Origin: a virus
Taxonomy: Duplodnaviria; Caudoviricetes
IMG/VR virus record: IMGVR_UViG_2974508059_000001
Location: 64,001 to 128,000 of that record
Length of the DNA stretch: 64,000 nt
Reading direction: 5' to 3' (one strand)
The translations under genes were made by a program, and so were the position numbers. Under the pieces are notes generated by a model. That model saw only the letters and a list, made by a program, of their open reading frames with translations. It ran no database searches and was not told the DNA's origin. Shown piece after piece: positions 7,748 to 17,607 of this stretch (its first letter is position 1; every line of letters starts with the position of its first letter).

Positions 7748-10063
7748 GTGAAGATGATTAAAGATACTCGAATCACCCAGCTGGAGCAGCTTATCGACGC
7801 AGGCAATGCTCTGGTAATGTCGCACAAAGGCACTACTGCCGCCACTGACATGTGGAACCAGGTCGTTGCAGGCGAGTCAATCCGCCGTGCTAATAACGAT
7901 GCTTTCACCGTTACCCGCGATTCTGCACAGGTTAAATATAACTCTGTTAGCGGCAAGAAAATGGGCTTCGCAGCTCAGGTTGCATCAAACATGATTCTGG
8001 CAGCGTCGTCTGACCCAGAAGAGTTCGCAACCAAAGTTGCTACCGAATCAAGCAATGCCAAATACAACAGCTATATGGACGTTGCTTACCCGGGTAGCGC
8101 TGCTGGCGACGACTACGGCAAAAATCCATTCGTTGGTACCGAGTATTACACCAACAAAGATCTGGATAAAAACCTCGGTCTGACCTGGACTCTGAACGTT
8201 CGTGCACTGGAAACCCAGTCCAAGTTCGCAGAAACCCTGTTCCCAACCATCACCGTTGAAAGCAACGATGTTGGTATCACCGTGCGTACTAAAGTAACCA
8301 CGGTAACTCGCGGTGTTCTGAACGCCCTGCTGGCGAAAGACAGCGTGATCGATGACCGTCAGCCGCTGCATAACGCTCTGTCTAACCACAAAGTGCTGCA
8401 GGATGACGCAATCCGTATCGTTCCTTACGTAATGGAAGATGGCTCTAACGCCGAATTCTTCGTACCGGAAGATGTGATTGCCAACGAAACCGTTCGTCTG
8501 GGCCGCGTACCTGCGTACCCAACTAACTACCTGAGCTTCGACAAGCAACAGCTGAACCTGTTCCGCCTTGCCGCGCATCCGGGTATCGTTGCTGAAGGCT
8601 ACGACGAAACTGACGAAATCGCGCCGGGTGCTGCACTGGGCCAGATTCTGCTGTCAGTTCGTAAAGCTGGTGAAGATGTTAAAGACGGCTCACTGTTCAA
8701 ACTGACCACGCGCGACATGCAGTTCGCCAGCTTCCAGCGTCCTGCTGAAGGTGAAGGTCGTGAACTGATCCTGAACTTCCGTCACACCCTGTTCGCAATG
8801 AACGGCGAAACTCTGGATTGGCAGGGCAAAGCAATGCCTGCGCTGGAATCGCTGAAGCAGAACGACTACACCCTGCGTTACGTTGTTAACGTCACCATGA
8901 GCCTGTTCACTAACGGACAGCGTTCTGGCTGGGTAGAAATCACTGGTAAAACGCTGCGCGTTGATTCTGTGGTTGATGGTACCGGCATGTCTCTGCCTAT
9001 CGACAGCGGCTCTGTTAAAACCATCCTCGACAACATCAAAATCGATCTGGTCGGCTGGCGCTTCGATGGTACTCGTACCAACGAAAACCGGAGAACCCAG
9101 GGCTTGCTGCTGGACCCAGTTTGGGAACAGGAGAACTACAAGCTGCAGTACGGTTCACCAATCCTGACCAAATCACCGGTCGGTGTTGAGTACGACGACG
9201 CTGAGCGTCTGGATGACCTCGTTTCTGCGGTAAACATCCGTAACGAAATGCTGGCCATCACCCAGACCCTGAACTACACCGAAGCTGTTCGCGATGTGTT
9301 CAAAACCATGGTAACACAGTGGGATAAACCTGCTATCCGTGGTCTGGGTCGTCACTGGGTTGGCGCATGGTACAACGAAAGCGATTACGACGTCTCTAAA
9401 GTTATCCAGTCTCTGGATACTAAAGATGCGCTGATCAACGCCCGTCAGGGTCTGATGCAGCGTCTGGGTGACCAGGTGACCCGTGCGATTCAGGACAGCC
9501 GCTACATGCCGGCTCTGCGCCTGCTGACCGCTGATCCGAACGCCCTGCCAAAAGTTATCATCGCAACCGATGAACCAACTGCGGCAATGATGCTGCTGAG
9601 CACCGGTGAAACCCGTCTGCTGGGCGACCGCTACGACTTCGAAGTTATCACCACCAACGATGACCGCTGGCGTGTGAAGAACCAAGAAGACGGTAGCTGG
9701 ACTCGTCGTCTGCAGTGGATGCTGAAGGTTGCTAACGTTGAGGACGGTTCTTACTGCGTCCTGAACTGGGGTAACCACTTCTGGTCACCAATCATGGTTA
9801 CCAACATCAACATCCAGCGTAACGGTTCAACGTCTAAAGAACTGGCTGTGCAGCCGCGCAACGCGCACATCTGCCACTGCCCGATCACTGGCGTTATCTG
9901 GGTTAAAGGTATCACCAAATTCGTTGAAGAGCGTCTGGCGTACTTCGTCAACGTTATCGACGATGGCACCACCAACACCGGCGGCACTAACGCTGGTGAT
10001 GTTGGCGCAGGTACCACTGCTCCGGCTACCGGTAGCACCACTGCTCCAGCCACTGGTTCTTAA
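7748..10063 (+). CDS. Major capsid protein precursor (phiKZ gp120-like)
   Basis: 771 aa, strongly biased codons, Q..FAETLFPTI and TRTNENRRTQGLL motifs, propeptide with VAGES/VATES/VGTE sites, strong terminator, synteny. Confidence 0.9.
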   Translation: MKMIKDTRITQLEQLIDAGNALVMSHKGTTAATDMWNQVVAGESIRRANNDAFTVTRDSAQVKYNSVSGKKMGFAAQVASNMILAASSDPEEFATKVATESSNAKYNSYMDVAYPGSAAGDDYGKNPFVGTEYYTNKDLDKNLGLTWTLNVRALETQSKFAETLFPTITVESNDVGITVRTKVTTVTRGVLNALLAKDSVIDDRQPLHNALSNHKVLQDDAIRIVPYVMEDGSNAEFFVPEDVIANETVRLGRVPAYPTNYLSFDKQQLNLFRLAAHPGIVAEGYDETDEIAPGAALGQILLSVRKAGEDVKDGSLFKLTTRDMQFASFQRPAEGEGRELILNFRHTLFAMNGETLDWQGKAMPALESLKQNDYTLRYVVNVTMSLFTNGQRSGWVEITGKTLRVDSVVDGTGMSLPIDSGSVKTILDNIKIDLVGWRFDGTRTNENRRTQGLLLDPVWEQENYKLQYGSPILTKSPVGVEYDDAERLDDLVSAVNIRNEMLAITQTLNYTEAVRDVFKTMVTQWDKPAIRGLGRHWVGAWYNESDYDVSKVIQSLDTKDALINARQGLMQRLGDQVTRAIQDSRYMPALRLLTADPNALPKVIIATDEPTAAMMLLSTGETRLLGDRYDFEVITTNDDRWRVKNQEDGSWTRRLQWMLKVANVEDGSYCVLNWGNHFWSPIMVTNINIQRNGSTSKELAVQPRNAHICHCPITGVIWVKGITKFVEERLAYFVNVIDDGTTNTGGTNAGDVGAGTTAPATGSTTAPATGS
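10013..10060 (+). repeat. 24-bp imperfect tandem repeat (TTAPATGS x2) at the capsid C-terminus
   Basis: accactgctccggctaccggtagc / accactgctccagccactggttct. Confidence 0.8.
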
Positions 10064-10087
10064 TCAGTAGCTAAGCTGTGAAAAGAG

Positions 10088-10122
10088 ACCTACCTCCTTC
10101 GGGAGGTAGGTTTATCTTTTTT
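10088..10122 (+). terminator. Rho-independent terminator
   Basis: acctacctcc-TTCG-ggaggtaggt followed by a T-rich tail. Confidence 0.9.
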
Positions 10123-10133
10123 ATTTTATTTTT

Positions 10134-10157
10134 TTAGAGATAGATATTATCAATGTG
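10134..10157 (+). promoter_or_regulatory. Putative early promoter, class I
   Basis: ttagagatagatattatcaatgtg. Confidence 0.7.
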
Positions 10158-10187
10158 CATACCTCACATTTTCTAAGGATCTATTTC

Positions 10188-10880
10188 ATGAAACACGAAC
10201 GCCCTTATCTTCGTTTCCAACTTAACGATAAGATCGTCATCCGGCCACTGTGTGGCGGACGCGTATTCGAACTTGCTGGGAGTGTCGACCCCATCGACTA
10301 TCTCGACCAAAGAGAACGCAAGCACTGGCAGCCTGAAGTACGGTTGCGCCCGGTTGAAGTAGAGGCGCTAAAAGCATGGCTCTCGCTATATACCCCGTAC
10401 GAGAGTAAAACGCGCGGGCCAGATTCATTGACACTGTCAGGCGTTATCTTCGAAATAGATGGGGACAGTTATGAGCGCAAGTCGCTTAGTACCAATGCCA
10501 TTGAAGCGATGGAGGCGCTTGGGTTCAATAACGATAACCCATTCGAGTACGTCCCCAACCGGGGCTATTTCTACCATCGCGATCTCGGAATAAAGATAAT
10601 CAAATCCTCGGAAGGGGATGGGTGTTATCTGGTAGACGTTTTGCTGGACATAGAGCAGCGCTGGATTGGTAAAACAACGCTTAGTCAGTCTCAGGCATAC
10701 CTTCCGCTATCACATGCCGCTGTGACGCTTGCAGACCGCCTGATGGGCATCATTAGCATGCAGACTGCACCCGACAAAGGTTACGACGTGGTTTTACGCA
10801 ACGGTATCGGTGAACTGAGCCTGCTCCAAAGCACTGACCGTTTGGCCCTGTCCCAAATCGTAGAAGACTTAATTCGATAA
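10188..10880 (+). CDS. Hypothetical protein, paralog triplet member 1
   Basis: TAAGGA RBS; shares motifs with the next two ORFs. Confidence 0.75.
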   Translation: MKHERPYLRFQLNDKIVIRPLCGGRVFELAGSVDPIDYLDQRERKHWQPEVRLRPVEVEALKAWLSLYTPYESKTRGPDSLTLSGVIFEIDGDSYERKSLSTNAIEAMEALGFNNDNPFEYVPNRGYFYHRDLGIKIIKSSEGDGCYLVDVLLDIEQRWIGKTTLSQSQAYLPLSHAAVTLADRLMGIISMQTAPDKGYDVVLRNGIGELSLLQSTDRLALSQIVEDLIR

Positions 10881-10891
10881 GGAGTATTTAA

Positions 10892-11554
10892 ATGAAAGAG
10901 TTGTTTGATACCAATGCACACGCCATTCGTGAAATCGGCTACGACACAAAGACAAATGAACACTTTATTGAAATTGATGTTATCCGCATCGCCACCCCAG
11001 CACAGCATCGTATCGTCATTAGCGAGCCTGAGTACATCGCCCTCTGCGGCTGGATACAGCTCGCTTTAACGGCCGACCCGTACGTTTTGATTCAGGATTT
11101 TCCTATCACGCAACTCATCCTGCGTACGGTGTCCATTCGTATCCTTGATATCCGCCAAGACGCGAAGCGGATGCGTGAGGTCATTAGCGACACCTACGTA
11201 CAGCAAGAACGCTGGGAACGGTATTGCGTGGAAGAGCTGAACAAAGAAAAGCAGTTCTTCTGGGAACCGCCATACAAGCGTTTCGGCTTCCAGTACAACA
11301 ACGCCGGCAGCTTCATCTACTACACGCTGGAACGCGTTGCGGCTTGTCCACAGGTTGATACGGGCCATTTGCCTGACGTGGCAGAGAAGCTCGTTGACAT
11401 CGCACAATCGTCATTGTTCCCACGGGTGGACTACGAGTTGCAGTTACGCTGGCGTAACGGACAGACCGGTATTGATGCTGGCTATGCCACGGTTGCCCGT
11501 ATTGATAAGAATGCCATTCTGGCGATGGGCCGTTTATTAGGAGGTAAGAAATGA
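10892..11554 (+). CDS. Hypothetical protein, paralog triplet member 2
   Basis: TAAGGAG RBS. Confidence 0.8.
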   Translation: MKELFDTNAHAIREIGYDTKTNEHFIEIDVIRIATPAQHRIVISEPEYIALCGWIQLALTADPYVLIQDFPITQLILRTVSIRILDIRQDAKRMREVISDTYVQQERWERYCVEELNKEKQFFWEPPYKRFGFQYNNAGSFIYYTLERVAACPQVDTGHLPDVAEKLVDIAQSSLFPRVDYELQLRWRNGQTGIDAGYATVARIDKNAILAMGRLLGGKK

Positions 11555-12195
11555 GAAAGATAGCACTCTCAGAGATTGACAGTTTCGGTAAAAGTGAACA
11601 ACGGATGTCCTACTGCATCTTTCTTAATTCGAAAGGGCCGGACAGTGCGAACGGTAACAATGAGTTCATCAAAGTCACACCGGCTCAAGCCGATGCTCTG
11701 CACACCTTCCTAAAGGCCATGAACAATCCAGACGTCATTGTCAAGTTCCCAGAGTGGCGTACCCTTACCCTCGGCGATGTCCAGATCAGTGCAGTGGGTG
11801 ACCGCCATCCGATGGTGCAACCAATGAAGGAGCAGGACATCACCGTGGAGCACTATCGTCAATGGGCAAAGGAGATTATCCGCCGCTCGATGAATATCAG
11901 CTTCATGGAAGTCATCCGTTTGCCGAATGCTGGCTTTTTATCGGTAACCGGCGACTGGGCACTGTATCCCCGCGCCAACGACTTCGTACTCGCCTACCTG
12001 CGACCTGAGATGTCAGATGCTGCACCGCCCACTAACGTTGTGGCGTTGGGTGAAAGACTGCGGAAGATCGCTAAATCTGAGCTGGTAAAAGATGGGGAGC
12101 TCGTCCTCAAGAGTGATGGTTTCCATTGCGATCTGGGCCCCATTACCAACGCCGAACTTATCTACATCGCAGAAAGTATTCTCCCGCGTCAGTAG
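11551..12195 (+). CDS. Hypothetical protein, paralog triplet member 3
   Basis: AGGAGG RBS, ATGA overlap. Confidence 0.8.
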   Translation: MRKIALSEIDSFGKSEQRMSYCIFLNSKGPDSANGNNEFIKVTPAQADALHTFLKAMNNPDVIVKFPEWRTLTLGDVQISAVGDRHPMVQPMKEQDITVEHYRQWAKEIIRRSMNISFMEVIRLPNAGFLSVTGDWALYPRANDFVLAYLRPEMSDAAPPTNVVALGERLRKIAKSELVKDGELVLKSDGFHCDLGPITNAELIYIAESILPRQ

Positions 12196-12201
12196 ATTTA
12201 C

Positions 12202-12238
12202 CCCCTAACCCTTGCGGTTAGGGGTTCTTCTCTTTTTT
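12202..12238 (+). terminator. Rho-independent terminator
   Basis: cccctaacc-cttgc-ggttagggg followed by a T-rich tail. Confidence 0.8.
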
Positions 12239-12259
12239 ACATCAGCCGCACACTGTATG
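12235..12259 (+). promoter_or_regulatory. Putative middle/late promoter, class II
   Basis: ttttac-N15-tatg. Confidence 0.5.
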
Positions 12260-12279
12260 TGCGCTCACGTTGTAAAGAA

Positions 12280-12303
12280 AATGAGATAGATGTTATCTAG
12301 GTG
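12280..12303 (+). promoter_or_regulatory. Putative early promoter, class I (drives the nvRNAP subunit operon)
   Basis: aatgagatagatgttatctaggtg. Confidence 0.65.
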
Positions 12304-12333
12304 ATACTGTTGCACTATTTAACTGGATAGCCG

Positions 12334-13338
12334 ATGAATCGAATCGATTTAGACGTAGAGCCGAGCGTCGTGCCGACCCCTGTCAACGTCGGGGGCTTAG
12401 TGAAGTCCATGACCGTCATTAACAACACAGGCTTACCCATCTTCATGACTGACCCCACAGGCAGTCACGTGGTGATACATCCGAATCATGATGTCATCTC
12501 AATGGATTCCGTTGTGGTGTATGTCACGCATCGGGTGAGGAATGGGGGCGGTAACTTATCGGGCTTGCTCGATGATGTGCCACCAAAGCTTGCGGCGCAA
12601 ATGGTTGAGGATTTCAAACGTCGGGGCGAGTGTACTGTAATGTACACCATTGGTGAGATTGATGCACTGCTGCGGGGTGAGTTGTTGCTGATAAAGAAAC
12701 TCGGTGTGGGTTTCTCTATCAAACCTGTGGATGTCGATAAGACACCAGTGCGAACATCAATGCGAAACAAAGCAAGTTTGGTGTTGGGGGTAGTGGTGGT
12801 ACAAAAGCATGGCGATCCGAGAATCATTCGGCACGTGCGGTACTACACCACTGTCATCGCCGTTGAACCTATGCGCTCACGCTTCTTTGAAGAGGGCGTG
12901 TATCTGACCATCTCAGGTGGGGAATGTGTCGAAGAAGGCAGCATGCTACGCTTTGGGTTTGATGAGGCCATCTCACCGTTTCGGTGTTTTGAGACTCGTG
13001 AAGAAGCCAAGGCCTTCCGTTGGGAAGATGCACTGCCGGATATCCGTGATGCGAAGCGACAGCTGGAAACTCAGTTGTTGGAAAGTCAATCGCAGATGGA
13101 TGAACGTAAACAAGCCATGGAGCTTGAACACAAAACCCGCATGAATGATCTCGCTATCGAAAAAGAGAGGGTGGCTGCGTACTATCGCGACCGAGAACTA
13201 GAAACCAAACAGAAACAAGAAGAGCGCAAAGACCATTACGAGAGCAGGTCCCTAGTTCGCAAGGACGGCTCCGAAACTTTGAAAATGATACCAGCATTCC
13301 TTGCCGCCGGGCTTACGGTAGTGGGGTTGCTATTATAG
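12334..13338 (+). CDS. Conserved protein with C-terminal coiled coil and hydrophobic tail (phiKZ gp122-like)
   Basis: INNTGLPI N-terminus, coiled coil, YESRS..RKD.SE.LK..PA end; precedes the RNAP subunit. Confidence 0.7.
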   Translation: MNRIDLDVEPSVVPTPVNVGGLVKSMTVINNTGLPIFMTDPTGSHVVIHPNHDVISMDSVVVYVTHRVRNGGGNLSGLLDDVPPKLAAQMVEDFKRRGECTVMYTIGEIDALLRGELLLIKKLGVGFSIKPVDVDKTPVRTSMRNKASLVLGVVVVQKHGDPRIIRHVRYYTTVIAVEPMRSRFFEEGVYLTISGGECVEEGSMLRFGFDEAISPFRCFETREEAKAFRWEDALPDIRDAKRQLETQLLESQSQMDERKQAMELEHKTRMNDLAIEKERVAAYYRDRELETKQKQEERKDHYESRSLVRKDGSETLKMIPAFLAAGLTVVGLLL

Positions 13339-13349
13339 CGAGGTGACGC

Positions 13350-15119
13350 GTGTTTAAAGATGCCATACGACGACTTCAGGAGGATAAACGCATTGCTACG
13401 TTTAACCGTGCAGTTGCAGAAGGTGTAGGTTACACCCAAGCAAAGGACGGGATACACGAGCGTGTCAACACAATCCTTCGACGGGAACTAACCTACGACC
13501 GGGATAATAACCCACGTCTGCCAGAAGGGTTAGGTTATGTTGGCTATCGCTTTATGTCGCCTTTTGAATCATTCATCTTTAAAATCAGTCGACAAGACAG
13601 CCGCAGTGGCCGTGGTAAAGCACCGATTACAATTGCTGAAACCGATACGTACATGATTGGCGCTCGCTTCCGTATTCCGGGAGAAAGTAAAGTCTTGACT
13701 CGTCCGATGTATCTGCCGTTTATCCGTCGCGGTGGGTTGATGAATTACTGGGGCACAAGCTACCATGTTGCACCGGTTATCCACCAACCCGGGATCTGCC
13801 AAGAGCATAACGGCCTGTTTGTAAACTTCGACTTCACCCGCAAGGTGTCCCTGAAGTTTGGCAAGCACCCTGTGAAGATACTGGTGAATGGTCGCAAGGA
13901 AGAGTTGTACATTCCGGGCACATCGAACCTGTATACACCGAAGAACCCAACCGGGCACGACGCGGATGAAAAGCCGTTGGTGTACTGGCTGTTCGGTAAG
14001 TACGGTTTCACCGATGCTATCAAACGGTATACCGGCGTGGATGTGAAAATCATTCCAGCTTACACCATCCCGGAAGTGGACTTAGAAGAGAACGTCATTA
14101 TCTCTTCGGGTGCTGACCCGCGTGTGTCTCGTACGATTCAATACGCGCTTCAGTTGCCAGTGTCTGCTTTCCCGAACATGGATAAGCCACGTTGGGAGCA
14201 AGACGAGCACACCTTGCTGGTGATGTGTGGTGCCTTCTTTAAAGCAGCGCACTATTACGCCAGTAAGCAGAACAGTCGCAGTGGCTTGAGCCAACTGACC
14301 CCACTGTTCACCAAGCTCGATGAATTCTCGCAAGAAGAGGATGTGGCGAACCTGAACTCACCCGGCGTCTGGAAAGAAGTCTTGGGTCGCAGTATCATGG
14401 GAACCAAAACCTCGGATGTGGAATTGCATCGCAGTATGGCGACACACTTCGGCGAGTGTCCGCGTTACTTAAGCGACACGTTCCGCGGTGAGTTGATGGT
14501 GTCAGACCCGGATATCGATCCGGACATGGATACCTTCGACTTTTTAATGTACGCCACCAAGCTCATGATTCGTACCCGCCTGACTCGCCAAGACGACATC
14601 CCGTCGATGTTTGGCAAGCGTCTGACGGTGGTGGATTATCTGTTGCTTGGCACGCAGGGCTTTACCAGTACGGTATCCCGTATTCGTTGGAAGCTGGAAG
14701 GCTTGGATGATAAGTCATCTGAGAGTTGCGGCACCACGGTGAAAGGACACCTGAACAAAGACATCAACCACAATCTCGTTACGCGCAGTATCACCAGTAA
14801 CGGGGCCATCAGTTTCTTCAACGCGTCTACCGAATCCATGGTACTGGCTGTGTCAACGCATGCCATCAGCCAGACGGAAACGGATAACAAGAAGAAGAAA
14901 GGTGGTAAGACAGTTAACCTGAACGACCGTACGAAACACGCCAGTGCTTCCCATGCGGTGTGTGGTAACATCTACTACGTTCCGAAGTCAAGCCCGTACA
15001 AATACGGTATCCTCAACCAGTACATGCAGACATCACGTAATCTCGTGATGGGCTACAACCCGAAACTCGAAACCGTTGTCCGTGAAACACAGGACGATAT
15101 CTCGAAGATCGGTCGATAA
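13350..15119 (+). CDS. rpoB: Non-virion RNA polymerase beta-like subunit, N-terminal half (phiKZ gp123-like)
   Basis: PEGLGYVGYRFMSPFE, RPMYLPFIRRGGLM..G..Y...PV, SMFGKRL, H.SHA.CG...PKS.P...G.LN; synteny. Confidence 0.8.
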   Translation: MFKDAIRRLQEDKRIATFNRAVAEGVGYTQAKDGIHERVNTILRRELTYDRDNNPRLPEGLGYVGYRFMSPFESFIFKISRQDSRSGRGKAPITIAETDTYMIGARFRIPGESKVLTRPMYLPFIRRGGLMNYWGTSYHVAPVIHQPGICQEHNGLFVNFDFTRKVSLKFGKHPVKILVNGRKEELYIPGTSNLYTPKNPTGHDADEKPLVYWLFGKYGFTDAIKRYTGVDVKIIPAYTIPEVDLEENVIISSGADPRVSRTIQYALQLPVSAFPNMDKPRWEQDEHTLLVMCGAFFKAAHYYASKQNSRSGLSQLTPLFTKLDEFSQEEDVANLNSPGVWKEVLGRSIMGTKTSDVELHRSMATHFGECPRYLSDTFRGELMVSDPDIDPDMDTFDFLMYATKLMIRTRLTRQDDIPSMFGKRLTVVDYLLLGTQGFTSTVSRIRWKLEGLDDKSSESCGTTVKGHLNKDINHNLVTRSITSNGAISFFNASTESMVLAVSTHAISQTETDNKKKKGGKTVNLNDRTKHASASHAVCGNIYYVPKSSPYKYGILNQYMQTSRNLVMGYNPKLETVVRETQDDISKIGR

Positions 15120-15153
15120 ATAAAAACCTAATTTAAACCGCAAGGAGTAACAG

Positions 15154-16764
15154 ATGTCGAACGTAACTATGGAACAAATTCAGAATATCCTGCGTCAAGC
15201 AAAAGGCAATGATGCGGTGCTGGCAAAACTGCTGGAAGCGGCTACTGCCAAAAACATGCAACTGGGTGATGCTGCAAAGATCGCACATGCTATCGCACAG
15301 ATTGCACTGGCGAAAGGTGTGGATCAGAGCACGGCTATCAACTCGCTGGTTGATGCATTTAAGGCAGCGGTGTATCAGGGTCTGGTACAACGTGGCGAGC
15401 GTTTCCCGGATGCCAACCTGCACAACAGCTTAACCACCACGTTCAACAATGCCGTTGCGCTGATTAAGTCGCATCAGCAGAACAACGGTGGCGGTCTGTT
15501 AGGCGGTGGTAACACCGGTACCAGCATTCTGGGCGCACCGAACGGTGGTGGTGTGAGCGTGGCATTGGGCGGTGGCGGTGGTATCCCACTGACTGTTGAA
15601 CCTTCTGCTCCGTCCAACCCGAACTCGGAAGCAGGCTTGTCTGTGTTGACGTCTGGCAGTGTTCCTGCACCGACCCCAGCGCCAGTACAGCAGCCTACGG
15701 GTCACGACCTGCTGGCCACAGCACAGGTTGCCCCTTCTACGCAAAACGGCGCACAGTTGACGGTCCTGACCGGACAGTCTGACAACCGTGAGTTAAACGA
15801 CAGTGTCTTCAACGTGATGGACGATAACATGGAAAACTACGCAGCGCATGAATTAGAAGTGAAAGTTGAGCAGGTATCTAAACCCGCTAAACAAGCGAAC
15901 GCTGATGTGAAGTTGTTCACTGACGGCGGTAGCTGGCGTAAAGAGCTTGCTGACATCACTGAGAAAGATGCAAGCGCTGTGTACTTCGAAGATGCTGACA
16001 TTCTGGTGCGTCTGGATGAAGATGTGCGTACCTATTACGTGGGTCATGAAGATTCCGATCGCGATATGATTCGCAGCTTCTACGAAACACATCGTAATCT
16101 GATGTCGAATCTGTGCAAAGCACAGACCACTGACGATATCGATAAGCTCATTGCGCTGGTGCAGGGTGTGATTGCTACCCTGCGCAAGAATGCCGTCGAG
16201 CTGCATCAGAAAGTGAACGAAGGCAAGTTCAGCACCGTCACCACCGCCGGTGAAGTGCGTCGCTTTGTTAACAGCTATCTGTATCTGGTCGATATCCACG
16301 TTCACAATGCGCTGTCGATCATGACGCAGGGCGGCACTAAACTGCCAAACGGTCGTATCGTATCGCTGGAACGTAAAGCAGAAGATCTCGAATACTTCAC
16401 CACGAACGTATACGAATCCACTGTGGCGGAAAACGGTACCAGCACGGAAGAAGATTGGTTCCGTGAACTGCTGGAAATGGTTGCGGTGTCGCTGGGCAAA
16501 CACAGCGTGCGTTGTGAAGGCGAAGGCACAGTGCTGCTGTTGTCCCACACCATTGCAACCGTGGTTATTCCGGGCATGTATGCAGCGGTGGATAAGGATC
16601 ACACCATCGGCTCACACACACTGGCCTCAACGGCGGATGCTATCTCTGATATCTACGAAGAGCTCTACAAGCATAAGCCGGGTATGAACGTGGTGCTGGA
16701 AACGCCAACCTCGCGTCACCTGCTGCTGAGCAGTGGTGGTGTGGGCGCTGCCATCCGTTACTAA
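15154..16764 (+). CDS. Hypothetical protein with Gly/Pro-rich linker (536 aa)
   Basis: AAGGAG RBS; low-complexity region around aa 110-200. Confidence 0.8.
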   Translation: MSNVTMEQIQNILRQAKGNDAVLAKLLEAATAKNMQLGDAAKIAHAIAQIALAKGVDQSTAINSLVDAFKAAVYQGLVQRGERFPDANLHNSLTTTFNNAVALIKSHQQNNGGGLLGGGNTGTSILGAPNGGGVSVALGGGGGIPLTVEPSAPSNPNSEAGLSVLTSGSVPAPTPAPVQQPTGHDLLATAQVAPSTQNGAQLTVLTGQSDNRELNDSVFNVMDDNMENYAAHELEVKVEQVSKPAKQANADVKLFTDGGSWRKELADITEKDASAVYFEDADILVRLDEDVRTYYVGHEDSDRDMIRSFYETHRNLMSNLCKAQTTDDIDKLIALVQGVIATLRKNAVELHQKVNEGKFSTVTTAGEVRRFVNSYLYLVDIHVHNALSIMTQGGTKLPNGRIVSLERKAEDLEYFTTNVYESTVAENGTSTEEDWFRELLEMVAVSLGKHSVRCEGEGTVLLLSHTIATVVIPGMYAAVDKDHTIGSHTLASTADAISDIYEELYKHKPGMNVVLETPTSRHLLLSSGGVGAAIRY

Positions 16765-16771
16765 GTTAAAC

Positions 16772-16799
16772 AGGGAGACTTCGGTCTCCCTTTTCTTTT
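16772..16799 (+). terminator. Rho-independent terminator
   Basis: agggagac-TTCG-gtctccct followed by a T-run. Confidence 0.85.
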
Positions 16800-16822
16800 A
16801 TTTAATAGCAAGGAGTAATAAA

Positions 16823-17263
16823 ATGAACGAACTGCAGAAAGAGTTAATGAATGTGAATCCACTGTCAGCAACCTTTGGTGAGGCTGCGGGTGGTGTACGT
16901 ACCGCTATGATTCCTGATGAGAAACTTGCCGAGATGCTTGTCGATACAGACGGCAGCACCGACCGCGCAGAGAAGTTTGTGGAAGAACTGGTTCAGGACG
17001 GTCAGATGTTAACCCGCGAAGCCGCTGACAAAATGGCTGAAGGTTATCGCGAAGCTGCTCGCAATACTATACCGGGTCAGACACTGATGGTGGACAGCAT
17101 GGGTAGCCTGATTAGCCATGAGCAGGCAGCACAGATTGTCCAGGATGGTCGCTTCATTCCACCTGCCAAGACACTCAAGCAGAAACGCGCTGAGAAGGCC
17201 GCTAAGAAGCGCCAAGCGAAATACATGCGTAGCCAATACCGTCGCGAGATGGGCATGCTGTGA
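16823..17263 (+). CDS. Hypothetical protein with basic C-terminal helix
   Basis: AAGGAG RBS before ATG 16823. Confidence 0.8.
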   Translation: MNELQKELMNVNPLSATFGEAAGGVRTAMIPDEKLAEMLVDTDGSTDRAEKFVEELVQDGQMLTREAADKMAEGYREAARNTIPGQTLMVDSMGSLISHEQAAQIVQDGRFIPPAKTLKQKRAEKAAKKRQAKYMRSQYRREMGML

Positions 17264-17311
17264 ACGCCCCAGCCCTGTTTAAATGAACAGATACGACGTA
17301 AGGAGTAATGT

Positions 17312-17446
17312 GTGGACCCGGTAACGAAGTTCTTTTTGATTGTTTTCTGCGTGCTTTGTGCATTGGCAGGCTGTGTGTGGATCTGGCAGGAACATGGCTG
17401 GATGAAACGTATGGACAAACTCGTCCACGGGGATAAGAAGAGATGA
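17312..17446 (+). CDS. Small single-TM membrane protein (44 aa), not in ORF track
   Basis: TAAGGAG RBS, GTG start, MDPVTKFFLIVFCVLCALAGCVWIW...; ATGA overlap with the next ORF. Confidence 0.65.
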   Translation: MDPVTKFFLIVFCVLCALAGCVWIWQEHGWMKRMDKLVHGDKKR

Positions 17447-17607
17447 TAACACTCTTCTGTTGGTTCTACGGTCTTCTCACTGCCGCCACGCTTGTGGCCT
17501 GCTGTGTTGCGTTCATCAATGAACTCGAAGCAGAAATCCATAAGATGACCGACTTCGAGATCCGAATGGCGCGTCTGGGTTTTGTGCGTATTAAGGATAA
17601 GAAATGA
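17443..17607 (+). CDS. Small single-TM membrane protein (54 aa), not in ORF track
   Basis: MITLFCWFYGLLTAATLVACCVAFINE...; ATGA overlaps at both ends. Confidence 0.65.
   Translation: MITLFCWFYGLLTAATLVACCVAFINELEAEIHKMTDFEIRMARLGFVRIKDKK

Noticed and set aside
13350-15119. Intein or intron in the RNAP subunit, helicase or portal
   Set aside because: ORFs are continuous and of expected size, with no intein splice motifs or LAGLIDADG blocks. The split beta subunit is normal for phiKZ-like phages.
15853-16602. Long antisense ORFs (also 8048-8578, 9173-9778, 47601-48524, 60341-61129)
   Set aside because: They are shadows of codon-biased plus-strand genes, with no RBS, motifs or flanking signals.
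16823-17263. RNAP- or RecA-like motif fragments (NPLS...RTAM; MVDSMGSL)
   Set aside because: Too short and degenerate to separate from chance.
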